The translations under genes and the position numbers were made by a program. From Lama guanicoe (taxonomy: Eukaryota), in assembly GCA_013239625.1 (NCBI GenBank), contig MU057202.1, positions 2,059,101-2,123,100 on the forward strand: a DNA stretch of 64,000 nt. The letters run 5' to 3'. Below, piece after piece: positions 48,120 to 59,285 of this stretch; positions within the stretch are counted from its first letter, which is position 1, and each line of letters opens with the position of its first letter. The notes under the pieces were generated by a model. The model had not been told where the DNA came from, did not search any database, and saw only the letters and a list, made by a program, of their open reading frames with translations.

Positions 48120-49150
48120 ACGCAGGGATCGCGCGGCCCTACTTGTGTGCAGAGCTGTGTGGCGCAGAGCTGCAGAGAAGCAGTCCCTTCCCTCGAGGGC
48201 GCCGCCGTCCCGGGGGCCGTCTGTCCGGCTGAAGCCTTCCTGTCAGAAAGCCACAATCACGAGGTGAGTCTTTGAGCGCCAGCCCACGTCACGTGCCGGC
48301 CGGCCTCACACCGCTTTGCCCCCTTTATCGCTTCACTCACTGCAAACCGGCGGGTTCCCTGGCCACGCTGAAAAGCCACCTGCGAGGCAGGGAGCAAGAG
48401 CGCCTCCGCACAGGCTCCCGGGTGAGACAGCACCTGCCTGGCGCCCGGCGTCCGCCGGGGCCCCCGGGCCGCGGGCAGGGGCCCCCGCCACAGAGGGCGC
48501 CCACAGGCTTCGTCCCTGCCACGCTGCGCCCCGGAAATCCGAGACCGCGGCCCGGAAGAAGCGTCGGGCGGACGAGGAGGCGCTCAGGAGCCCCACAGGC
48601 CCGCGCCGCCGCCGCCGCGGCGCCGTCCCGGCAGCTTTGAGCCCCACGGCACAGCCGCTGCGGGGCCGAGCGCTAAACGTGCCAGGGACGCCCCGCGGCC
48701 TAAGAATGAGAATCGAGGCTGCCTGCTCTTTTTTTTTTTTGTCCATTTACAAAATTTTTATTTAAAAATTGACACACCATAAAACTAATTTTCAAAATTC
48801 CATTCACAATAGCGAACCAAGGCAAACACACAGAAGCGCACGCGCAGCCCTCACGTCTCACCGCGGCGCGTCACCGCCGCTCACGCACGAGCCGGGCGCG
48901 GGCGCCCCCGGGCCGGGACTCCCGACGGGGCGGCGTAGGGGACCCTCCTCTGCGCCTCAGGCTCGACGCGCGCCTCGCACACTGCAACGGGAGTCCTGGA
49001 CGTTTCTGTTCCATCCTCTGCCCTCCTCTGCGTGTCTTCCCCCCGAAGTCTGTCCACGAAACGGGCATGATCCTGGCGATCACGTTTTCTGATGAAAACA
49101 ACGATGCGTGTTCAGCTCTGCCCCGAGTCGCTTACGCTCCCCGGCGCATC
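48120..49150. promoter_or_regulatory. CpG-island-like region
   Basis: Very GC- and CpG-dense by eye (cgcgccgccgccgccgcggcgccg), split by an AT-rich insert at ~48725-48810. Contains GTCACGTG (48287-48294) and ETS-like CCGGAA motifs. Confidence 0.7.
48729..49140 (-). mobile_element. Probable L1MC/ME 3'UTR, heavily GC-substituted
   Basis: Poly-T and ttttattt, then caaacacacagaag...gtcctggacgtttctgttccatcc...gtgttcagctctgccccga, colinear with remembered antisense L1MC caaacatacagaaa...atcccagacatcatatcatttcatcc...gtgttcaaatttccccga. Confidence 0.5.
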
Positions 49151-49184
49151 TCCCCCACCACACCCTGGTGCCTACTCGAGCTCG

Positions 49185-49290
49185 GGCCTAGCTGACAGCT
49201 GTGGATGCGGCTCAGAGAGGTGCTGTGAGCGGCCCAGGGTCACACAGCTCCCAAGGGGGTGAGCTGGAATGTGACCGTGGTGTTTTTCCA
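49185..49290 (-). mobile_element. MIR fragment
   Basis: ggctcagagaggtgctgtgagcggcccagggtcacacagct. Confidence 0.7.
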
Positions 49291-49797
49291 TGTATTCCAT
49301 GCCGCTATTTACCGCTGAACCACAGCCGCCTCCTCTGATAGTGAAAAGTTCTTGGGAAAAATCTTACTGCTGAGACGATGTGTCTTTTAAAAAAGGTCTT
49401 TCATGCTCCTCACTGAAGAAAGCGTTTTTCCTGAGGAGTTAAGGGGGTGGGAGTCCTCTCTCCTTGAGGGAGGACCCTGAAGACAAACCGTCAGCCCTTT
49501 CTCCCTCCCCCTCAGCGGAAAAATAAATATGTTCTGGCTGTTGTTTAAGTTACAAGCATGAGAAGAGAGAGAAGTTTACTAGTTGTGGGTCAGCTCTGCC
49601 CTCTGTAACTACACAGTTGGTTCTATTTATTTATTTTGAAGGGGCTAACCTGGTTTTCTCTTAAAACAACCCACATGTGGGCTGCAGAAAGGAAACCTGA
49701 CCATGACAACCGTGGACGTGGAAAGCAGGGAACTGCGGCAGCAGGTGGGCGGCCGGAGTTGGTGCTCACGTGTGAGGGGCTCAGAGACCACCTGAAT

Positions 49798-50070
49798 CAG
49801 CGCCTCCCAAACGCCGCTCTGCAAGCGATCCTCCTGGGGCTCTTGTTAAAATGCGTGTGGAGTCTGGTGCTCATTCGAAGCTCTGGTGGGAGCCCAGGAC
49901 TCTGCATTTCCAACCTGAGGTCGCAGGGGCCTTGGGTCTCGTTTCTTGGCTCCGAAGCACTTTAGAATCACCTGCAGCTTTGAAAATCCCAGCAGCAAAC
50001 CCATTGAAACAAAAACCCTGGGGCAGGATCCAGCGGATTCCAGTGTACGGCCAGGCTTGAGAAGCGGTGC
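49798..50070. mobile_element. MER5-family MITE fragments (two adjacent)
   Basis: cctggggctcttgttaaaatgc...gcccaggactctgcatttccaac and ttagaatcacctgcagctttgaaaatccc...ccaggcttgagaagcggtg. Confidence 0.72.
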
Positions 50071-50074
50071 TCAG

Positions 50075-50520
50075 AGCAGTTCTCAAAACCTGCATCCCAG
50101 GAGCCCTGGACACTCAATGTGACGAATGATCTTGAAGATCTTTTCCTATCATATGTATCATATCAGAAAATAAAACTGAGTGGTTCAAAAATATTCATCT
50201 ATAGATTCATTTAAAAACAGTAAGTCCACTTTATGTGAACACGGAAAGTGTATTTTTATGCAAACGACAGTCTCACAAAACAAATGTGCAGGCAAGGAGC
50301 AGCACTGGTCTCCACGTCCATCCCAAGCATCAGCCCCAGTAGGTGCAGCGGGGCTGCCCGGCCGCTTCCGCGTCCAACCCACCGCTTGTCACACCAGCTG
50401 GGCCTCAGCAACATTGCCCTGGCGTGGAGCTTACAGAAGGGGGCAAGGCCACAGTCCAGAGGCACATAGCCGAGAGCACCGGGGCCCAGGGCGGCTGGCT
50501 CTACACCCCAGCGCTCTCAA
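50075..50520 (-). mobile_element. Charlie1-family (Charlie1b-like) non-autonomous element
   Basis: cagttctcaaaacc...tatcagaaaataaaactgag...attcatttaaaaacag...tatttttatgcaaac...gcttccgcgtccaac matches the antisense Charlie1 3' end. Confidence 0.75.
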
Positions 50521-50719
50521 CTTAGATGCACGAGATGCGAGGGACTGGGCCTCGTGCTCCCGAGGAGCCCCCGTGATCCCTGGCTGGGAGGTGCTCGGGG
50601 GTCCCAGCGTCCATCCGTCCAATGCCTGCAGCCTGTGCTGTTCCCTGTCCAGCCTTCTCCCTGCCCAGCTTTCAGCGATAGATGCACTTTTATTCGATTC
50701 TGTGAGATTTCACACACAT

Positions 50720-50905
50720 TCCCTCGGCACGTCCTGGGGGTCCAGCACTCCTCTGAGCACTCATAACACCAGCCCCTTTCATCATGTGTAACCCTGCGTC
50801 ACAGGTGCAGTTTAGCTCCCATTTCACAGATGAGGAAACTGAAGCCACACAAAGCCAGGACCTGGACCGACATGGTCCGGGTCCAGCTAAAGCTCTGTGC
50901 TCTGC
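50720..50905 (-). mobile_element. MIR fragment
   Basis: ctcccatttcacagatgaggaaactgaagc is the MIR core. Confidence 0.78.
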
Positions 50906-51039
50906 TGCCTCCAGCAACAAAGGGACTTGTTTTGGGCCAGGAGAAGACCACCTTGAGGTGGCGAGGGCCTCGGCCTGGCATGCTGGAGTACTTCCCCTCC
51001 CGTTCAGAGTGTCCACCTGGGCCCTGGACTCTGCAAACA

Positions 51040-51625
51040 TCCACTGGTCCCACCGCTGCTCAACAGGGACTGACCTCTGCCAGCCTCAAGTTCCTCCCCT
51101 GTGAGATGGGTGTAATGATCGTGCCCCCCGAGGGAGGGCAGGCTCTACTATCTGCTCCCAGCACCCTCTTCTGTGCCTTACTGGGCTTCACTGCAGTTGG
51201 TGGGGGGGGGCCTCTGCCCCAGTGGTGACGGCTTTGGCCATGTGACCGCTTTGGCCAGTGGAGTGTGGGCAGAAGTAAGTTCTCAACCAGGACGTGGAGA
51301 GCCGTGGGAGATTTCTCTTCCCCTCTGGCATTTCTGCTGTCTTCTCAGAAAAGCATGCCCATGTAGCTGCTGGTCTTAAAACAGACAACATGTGGAGCAG
51401 ATCTAAGCCTGGCCCACAGCAGAGCCACTCGACTTGCAGACCTGACAGAAAGGACACATATTTGCTATTTGAAGCCTCTGAGATCTCTAGACTGTTTGTT
51501 ACACAGCATCACCACAGCATTAGCTGACTAGTACATTGTTGAGATAATGAGGGTGGAGATGACATGTGGAGAGCTCTTAGTACAGCATCTGGCTCAGGGC
51601 ACGCCCTCCGAAACAGGAAGCTTTA
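51040..51625 (+). mobile_element. MIR (51040-51135 and 51536-51625) interrupted by an MLT1I-like LTR (~51136-51535)
   Basis: MIR core gcctcaagttcctcccctgtgagatgggtgtaatgat; LTR ggccatgtgaccgctttggccagtggagtgtgggcagaagt...tgtttgttacacagcatc...agctgactagtaca; MIR resumes ttgttgag...gagctcttagtacagcatctggc. Confidence 0.78.
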
Positions 51626-52199
51626 TGCCCTATTTTAGATGCAGTTTCCGTGCGCTGCCCGCCCCAGGCTGAGGCTCCATAGCCAGCTCACCCTCCCTAC
51701 CCAGCAGCACGAGGTGCTCACGCTACAGCTCAGCAGCAGGCTTTGGGAGCCTGGGCCAGGTATGTGGCAAATGGCCAGAAGCCCTTGCCTCGGTGAATGG
51801 GGTTTTCAACCTTATCTTGAACCCTTTTGGTATGGCTGGTGGGTCTGTGCCTGGCGGTGTCTTCTGAAAGGGTCTTTGTGGTGTGAGTGGAAGAAAAACG
51901 AGAACCGGGAAGGAAACAGGCTTGGCTTTGTTAAGAAGTGTTCCAGGCTTCAAAGGAAACTTGAAGGTGAATCCAGGGTCCAGGCCTGGCTATGGATTTA
52001 CGGCAGGTCCCAGGACTCCGTGCCGGGCATGGAGGAAACTTGCTGTCCCATGGTGTCCCAGGCGCCCTCCTGGGCCTGCTGGTGCCACACCCGCTTTCTC
52101 CTGTTGCCCTCACGCATGGACACGTGACTTCAGCTGCTTACTGACGCCGGAGAGCAGCCCGCAGCCCTTGCCTGACCATTTACGGAAGGCAGCGGGGCA

Positions 52200-52395
52200 G
52201 GGTCTGCTGCTGGCAGCTTGCCCCTCTCTGGGCTGCGTGACCCTGGGCTCGTTACTTAAGCTCTCGGAGCCTCAGCTTCCCCCTCTGATACGTGGACACT
52301 GTGATGCAGACCTCACAAGCCGTGGTGAGCACAAAGCGTGCCCAGCTTCCGAGCCCCTGCATGGGGCATGGCGCTGCCTGTTAGCACGGTGGCCT
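52200..52395 (+). mobile_element. MIR fragment
   Basis: ggctgcgtgaccctgggctcgttacttaagctctcggagcctcagcttccccctctg. Confidence 0.75.
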
Positions 52396-53145
52396 TTACC
52401 TTTCTGTTTCGACAGACGCCAAGCTCCTCTGCTTGTCCCTTAGCTCTGACTCACAGTGGCCGCTGCCCTCTGTTTATTGACATTTCCCATCTGGAACTAG
52501 CATGTAATAAGTGCTCTGGACGGACGAACAAAGAAGAACATTTTCCTTCCTAGGCAAGTGGGAGCTTACTCCGTGGTACCGGGCCCTGGAGTGAAGGTGA
52601 ATGGAATGAGTGAGGCAAAGGAAACAAAGCTGGGGATCGAGAAGTTCTGCACATGGTACAGCTCTCGGAGGAAAGGGTGACGGGTCCACGTGGTGAGTCA
52701 GGCGGAACCAGGCTGGGAAATCCTGGCCCTCTGCAATTTCACAGCCAGAGAGCAGGAGACATTGTCGTGTTCACGCCCGGGGAGGGAAGGGCACAGGGGA
52801 GCAGGGCGCAGGCGGCAGGGCGGGAGAGAGTTGTCCCCTCACACAGGTGTCCCACGGCGGCTGTGTACCAACCACTCTGGTCACTGCAGTGCAGCCGGGC
52901 TGTCTGACCCTGCTGAATCTCAGAGCCAGGCAGGTACAGAAGGCGAGCTGGGGTCGGGCGCTTTGAAGGGATGAATTCACTTAAAGGAGGGGCTTAGTAG
53001 TATCTAAAACAACAATCTATAATAAAGACCACAGTAATCCATTCTAAGTGAGCAACGAGCCATCGTCTGTGATAAACAGTGATCTGCGACAATAGAAGGC
53101 GCCCCACCGTCTTCACTTTTCACGTCACTAGGAACTCATTTTCTT

Positions 53146-53510
53146 AGAGAAAGACAAATATCACACGGTATCTGTTATATGTGGAATCTAGAATACGATA
53201 CAAATGGACTTATTTACAAAACAGAAATAGACTCACAGACGTAGAAAACAGATTTATGGTTACCAAAGGGGAAAGAGGCGGGAAGGATAAATTAGGAGTT
53301 TGGGATGAGCAGAGACAAACCACCATGTATAAAACAAGGTCCTCCTGCACAGCCCAGGGGACTACACTCCACAACCTGTAACGACGTCTAACGAAGAGTA
53401 ATCTGAAAAGAACGTATACATACGACTGAATCGCGGTGCTGCACACCAGAAATTAGCACAACATTGTAAATCAACTGTACTTCAATTCAAAAAGATTTAA
53501 TTTAAAAAAA
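53146..53510 (+). mobile_element. 5'-truncated cetartiodactyl-type L1 3' end with A tail and degenerate TSD
   Basis: agagaaagacaaatatcac...tatgtggaatcta...acaaaacagaaatagactcacagac...ggataaattaggagtttgggat...cacaacattgtaaatcaactgtacttcaa; flanks aggaactcattttct (53130-53144) and aagagtttattttcc (53510-53524). Confidence 0.93.
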
Positions 53511-56500
53511 AGAGTTTATTTTCCAGAACAGTCCCCTCCCCATCCCCAATTCTCTTTTCCCAGACAAAATAAGATACAAGACTCTCGGGGGCTAAAGTCA
53601 CGCCTCCACCTAAGGTCCGCACGCGGACCAGCCCTGTCTTTCATTTGTTTTTATTCCTCATCAATCATTGCTTGAGCGTTCTGGAGGTTTTGCATTCCAG
53701 AATCTCCTTTGGCCTCCTCATTTTTATAATTTTCCCAATGAGATAAGAGACTTGGGGTCTGTTTTGGGAGTAGTTAGTGGTGAGTGTCAGTAAAAAAAAA
53801 AACCAAAGAAACGGGGGAGAAAATTGTCTTCTTTTCAACATCCGCAGAACCTTGATCCACATAAATGGCCTCTCTGCTCTGCTCTTGTCTGGCGGCTCAC
53901 AGGGAACCCCCGGAGGGGCCTCCTGCGGACCTGCAGCGCTCCTCGGCGGCTCGGGGTTATCTGTCTAAGGTCAAGAGCACAGGGAGATGGGGGCGTCCTC
54001 CAGACACTGCCACACCCACCGCCGACACAGTAGCTTAGCCGCGGCCCCAGCACCCTAGCCCCGAGGAGAGGATGCTAAGGAAAGCCGGGCGGCGTACTCA
54101 TTACAGCAAATGGGAGTTTGCTCCCAAGTGAGCGCTGTGCGGACACAGGGAAACTGAGTTGAGGAATGCTAATTACTTCAGGAACCGCCTGTTTAGCCAT
54201 GGATTAGCTCTTATCAGCAAGTGGCTTCTGAAGTCTAATTCTGCCCCAGGAAGGAGGCTTGGTCTGTGCGGCGCCCAAGTCTCCTCTTCCCTCCCAGGGT
54301 TCCCCGGTCACTGGGGTCCCACCGTAATCCCCTCCTCATTCTAGTTAATTTCAGCCTCCAGCACAAACCCTCCCCTGGGAGATGCCAACAAGAGACAAAA
54401 AAGCTGGGCTTTGCTTCATCCTCCGGCCTTGCCCAGATCGGAGAGGAGAACAAGCCCTGAGAGGCCACCAGCAGACTCCAGAGCCTCGCAGCAGGGCCAG
54501 CGTCCTCACTCTTTCCTCCAGGCTGCGCTGAGATCCCATCGCATCCCCGGGCTGTGCCTTTGACACACACACTGCGCAGGGGTGAGAAACGTCCGCAGGA
54601 CGTGGGGCAGGAACCCCCTGGGTTAGCTGCCCAAGCCCCCGAGCCTCCCTGGACGGGAAGGACCAGGAGCCCCTCGCGGGGCCCACGTGGGGCTTACGGC
54701 CTCCCTGGTGTCCCACCTGGAGCAGAAGGCTGGGTTGAGATGCCACCTGAGGGGGGAGACTTGCTTCAAGACCCTTTCGGGTGTCCCACGAGAGACGGTG
54801 TCTTTTTTCTCTTTCTCCTTCCCCAAGCTGACACGAGGGTTAGGGGCGAATGCAGCAGGGATAACCGGGCCGGCAGGGAGTCTGTGCCCCCTTGCGTTAG
54901 GGACCCACTAGGGGTAGGGGCATCACACTGAGTCCACCTGGGGTGTGGGGTGGAGTCCTGCAGCTGCGTGAGCCCCCAGGGGCCTCCAGGGGCTTGAAGG
55001 AGCCACGGCGCTTGGGGAGTAGATTATACCCCCAAGACCGACTCCCAGTGGCTGAGTGCGGGAAGTTCAGCCAGAACTGGGGGACCCGCGGGGAGGGCAG
55101 AGGCCCCCGGGGGGAGGGGCTGCACTCTCCTCCCACTGGGTTTTTATTAATGTATTGCTCTCTATTTGAATTTCCTCCTGTAAGCAAGTGAACAAGACAA
55201 AAATTCAAAACACCTGGTAGTTCGAAACTTACTCATTAAAAAAAAAAATCCCGCTAATAAAGATGATAGCAGAAGAGATGAAGTCCAGATGAACCACAGC
55301 TGCCGGTTCAAGTGACAGATTCGCAGCCCTTTCTTCTCCGTGAGTGGGAAGGGGAGGCACCGCCGGCTAAAGCCCTTTAATGCGGATTCTCATCGCCGCT
55401 ACCCTAAGTGGAATCACTGTTACGCTGTAATAACATTTACCCAGCGTCCCCACGCTGGGTGCCCTCATATGGCGACCACATTGTCCACAGCAGCCTGGAG
55501 CTTCGCTCCGTGGCCCTGACAAGGGGGGTGCTTCACGGGTGTGGGGAGGGGGCTGGCGGGCAGGACGGGTGGGCCTCCTGATTCTGTTTGGCGGCGTTAC
55601 TCAGAATCTCCGAGACTGTTTGCAGCAGAATCATAAACGCCTGTCACATCGAGTGGCAGGAGAACCTGCCTTTGTTTAAACAAACTCTGCAGATTATTCT
55701 TAAGCACATGAAAATCTGCGTTTCCCGATCGCTGAAAACGGATGGATGCTAATGCCTGCCTCACAGGATTGTTGCTGGGGCACCGAAGGAGGAGGACAGG
55801 ACGAGGGACTGTCACTGTTAAGCTCAGCAATTTTTATTACTGTGGCTCTTACTGTCATTATTATTACCCACAAGCAAACCCAGGTCCAGGGAGGGAGGGT
55901 GACTGGCCCAGGGTCCCATGGTGACAAGGGGCCAGTGCCCACCAGGGACCCTGCGTGGGGGCTCCCCATCCCCACCCTCCCTGTTATCACCTCCATGGTG
56001 AGTGGACCGCCTCCAGCGCAGAGACAAGGGGTGCTGAGCGCTGGGTCACTTCCCAAATCTGGGCTACCTATGCACCCTCCACCAGAAGGCGTCTCCTCTG
56101 CTCCCAGCTAGAGGGGACATTTCAGCCCCCCCCGCCATCAGTTAGTGGCGTGGTGACTCTCTAGACATAAAAGCTGCCACCGGCCGGAACTCTGAGCGGG
56201 GCCGGTGCGAACCACTCCAGTCAGGGGCTCCATCAGGACGCCCTTGTGGCTGTTTTCTTAGGGAACACAGCCCAGGCAAGCCCTGGTGCCCCTGATTCCC
56301 TCACGCCCCGGGGGGTTGGGGATGCCCGCGTGGCTGCACCGTCTTGTCAGCATTCAGAGTTTCTCTTGCTCACCCGGTAACCCGTTCAGGGTTCCAAGCC
56401 CACGTGTGTCGGGCTGTAGCTGGAAGCCGGAGCGCAGGGCTGTAATCACAGCCTTCAGCTGAGAATCAATGACGCGGGCAATTCTGGGGTCAGCTGCACA

Positions 56501-57274
56501 GAAGCAGGCTGCAAGTTCACAAGAAGGCCAAGTTGTGTGAACAAAATGCTTACGAGATTCCCGAGTTCATATCTCGCCCTGGGATGGCTCCACAAACCTC
56601 CCTCGCAGGCAGCAGCCGGCTGGGCCGTTTATTTGTCGACTGGGAAAAATGATGAAAGGCTGGCCAGCCAGCGTGTGGGGCCGGCACGGCGCTCCACACA
56701 TCATCGGCAGATTATAGGGTCGGGCGGTTTAAAAATGCAACAAGCCGTGTTCTCCCCCAGCTCTGGGCGGAAAGATCTGGGTAAAATGAGCAGCAGCTTG
56801 AATCCGTTCCATCGAAGATTCCGGGAGGGGCGAGGGAGCCCCCACTCCCACTGCCGCCGCCGCCCGTGGATCTTATCAGGCACTCCACCTTCCTCATTCG
56901 TGGGTTTTCCCTCCGGGATAAACCAGGAGATAAAGGGAAACCTGCAAGAAACACCTCAGGATGTGTTTCCAGACCAAAGAGCCTGCACTGTCTCGCTGTT
57001 TGGAACCTCTGGGTAGCCTGAGGTGGACGTGCCCAGCGACGGAGAGTGGCGGCTAGGACCGGTCTTTGGCCGGCTGGCTGCGTCCAAGGGTGTGCCCAGG
57101 AAGGCTGGCTGGAGGGACTCCCTCCGGCTGCCTCTCTGTGAGTCTGGGCCAGTCACTGCCTGCGTGGTCGTGGTCCATTTGGTGTTCACACCTTCAGAGT
57201 GTGAGCCCCGGGGCCAGGCTGCCCGGGGGCTGTTCTGGCTCCTCTCATCCCTGCTGTGTGTCCTCAGGACAGCC

Positions 57275-57452
57275 AGTCAGTGCCCCTGAGTCTCAGAGGT
57301 TTCCACTCTTCTCATGTGAGGCGGGGCTATTAAAAGCACCACGTCACGTGGCTGTGAAGATGAAACAGGGTGGGCTGCACGTCAGGTGCTTCGCCCAGTG
57401 CCGGGCACAGACAAGACGTCCCTGAGGATACGCTGTGGTTGGTGTTACTATC
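57275..57452 (+). mobile_element. MIR fragment
   Basis: gctgtgaagatgaaaca...gcacgtcaggtgcttcgcccagtgccgggcacagacaagacg is the MIR 3' half. Confidence 0.62.
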
Positions 57453-57797
57453 CTTTTTCAGAAGGCCCCGCTGCTAAGCCACGCGGAGGGCTGCACGGCG
57501 GTGAGCTCAGCCTCGCTTTTGTAGACTAGAAAGCGTCCGTGGTGGGAGGCAGCAGGATGGGGAAGAGAAGCTGGCGTGGGTCTCTCTGAGCCCCTCTGAC
57601 CCCCCGCTGAGCGGGACGCAGCGGGCGCATCTGATCGAATCAGGCTGCTGAGCTCCCGAGAGGGAAGGGGCCAGCCAGATGCTCTACCTACACGAACTAT
57701 GCTCCTCAAGCCAACTTCTGGGGCCTTCCCCTGTTGGGGATGGAGTCCGCTTCTGACCTCAGAGGTGAGTGGTCCAGTGCTGTGGGCTATTCGTGTC

Positions 57798-58130
57798 TGT
57801 CTGGTTCGGGTCCCCAGAAGCAGTCCCAGGACAGGATTCTGGCATGAGTTGTTCATTTGGGCAGTGAGCCCGGGGGACAGCAGCAGGGGAGCGAGCAGGC
57901 GGGGAAGCGACCCAGAGAAGGGAGGGAGCCAACGTGGCATGGGCTGGGGTGTCGTCACCAAGCAAGTTCACCTGGGAAAGGACACAGAGCACTGAGCTCG
58001 GAGCCACCCGGCCCCAGGAGAGGGAGCTCCCACCCGCCACCCGCGGGGTGTGAGTGCCTTGCAGCCCCTGGTCTGCCACGTGTGCGTAGGCAGAACGGGC
58101 TCTGGGAACTTCGGATGCTGTCTGCCGCAG
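57798..58130 (-). mobile_element. ERVL LTR (LTR16-like)
   Basis: tgtctggttcgggtccccagaagcagtcccaggacaggattctggcatgagttgttcatttgggcagtga...gaagggagggagccaa. Confidence 0.72.
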
Positions 58131-58838
58131 GCCATTCAAGAAGCTTGCCTGCCTCCCTCCGGCCCACCTGGACGCCTTCCTCTGGCTTTACTTCTTTGGT
58201 GTTTATTTCCCAGGGTTTAAATGCGGCTGTCCTGCAACCGTATTTCAACCTGTTTCACTGTGTACACCTTATGCCCACGTAGGAGCGAAGTTCTCTTGAA
58301 GGCAGCAACACGGTTTTCCAAGTGCTCGGATGACAGGACCCAAATTCCAAGCACAGACGTGCTCACGGGCTTCCCCTGTCCCCAGGGCCACCGCAGAGCA
58401 CGCCGAGATTGCTAGTTCCACTTCTCCCGCCTTTCTCTTCCCAAAGGAAATTCTTCCGCGAATGAGCAGCTAGGTCTACAGCATAATGATGGAATGAAGG
58501 GCTGGGGGAGAGGGAAGTGACCCAGGGCTCTGCTGGGCGCTTGGGAGGGAGATCAGCGTGAAGACTCTGATGCAGCGTCGTGTCTGGGCACACAGGGCGA
58601 GTGTGGATGAGCGTGCGGTGAAATTACTTTTGAATGGTATACTCTGCAATTTGATTGCAGCAGATTTTTGAGACTGAACCACATAGATTCAGGGCTCATT
58701 AGGGCTCCAACTGTATTTTCCAGGGGGCAGAAATGCACGTGCCATAGGGAGCCAGTAAACGCTCACTAAACGAACTAACGGTGTAAGTGTTTATGGACCA
58801 AGAGGCTCGTCTAGTGTCTGAGGCTCAGGGGCCTCTGT

Positions 58839-58964
58839 AAAAGCACTAGATAAAATACAAGGTGCCTAGCAAAGTTCGAGTTTTGGTTAAAAAAGGATTT
58901 GTTAAAGTACGTCGCAAATATTACATAGGACAAACTTCTAATAAATTTGCTAAATCTGCGACCA
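58839..58964 (+). mobile_element. MER53 hAT MITE, internally deleted
   Basis: agataaaatacaaggtgcctagcaaagttcgagtttt...gtacgtcgcaaatattacataggacaaactt...atttgctaaatctg matches MER53. Confidence 0.8.
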
Positions 58965-59098
58965 AGGTGTAAGAAATGTGCTGGTCGTGGAATTTAAATG
59001 GAGGGCAACAAGCCGTTAGACACGTGGGAGCAGCGGGGACGGGGCTGTTAAGGCCGGCGGGAGCATGTCCTGAGAACATTTCTCTTTATATTTTGAGC

Positions 59099-59285
59099 TT
59101 TTTTTTTTTAAGTGAAGTACAGTCAACACATAACGCAGTGTTAATTCCTGGCGCGCGGCACAGTGATTCACGCACGCTCATACCTTCCTTTCCATATTCT
59201 TTTCCATTACAGGCTGTTACAAGGTATTGCTTGCGGTTCCCTGCGCTGCACAGCAGGACCTTGTTGTTTATCTGTTTTATCTAAG
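59099..59285 (-). mobile_element. Cetartiodactyl-type L1 extreme 3' end
   Basis: Poly-T then gtgaagtacagtc...cacagtgattca...catattcttttccattacagg...ggaccttgttgtttatctgtttta. Confidence 0.9.

Noticed and set aside
48725-48790. Minus-strand AATAAA followed by an A-tract, suggesting a processed pseudogene or gene 3' end
   Set aside because: No coding homology lies upstream on that strand, and the segment is better explained as the tail of an old L1. A retrocopy UTR cannot be fully excluded without BLAST.
56076-56095. Additional CTCF-like motifs (ccaccagaaggcg here; also ~32087, ~45257, ~62836)
   Set aside because: Each has mismatches at informative core positions, and such partial matches are common in GC-rich DNA.
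3610-57770. Isolated consensus splice donors (e.g. cag|gtgagt ~3615, cag|gtaaga ~19740, gag|gtgagt ~48263) and an acceptor at ~30800
   Set aside because: Such matches are expected by chance, and I could not assemble them into a consistent multi-exon reading frame.
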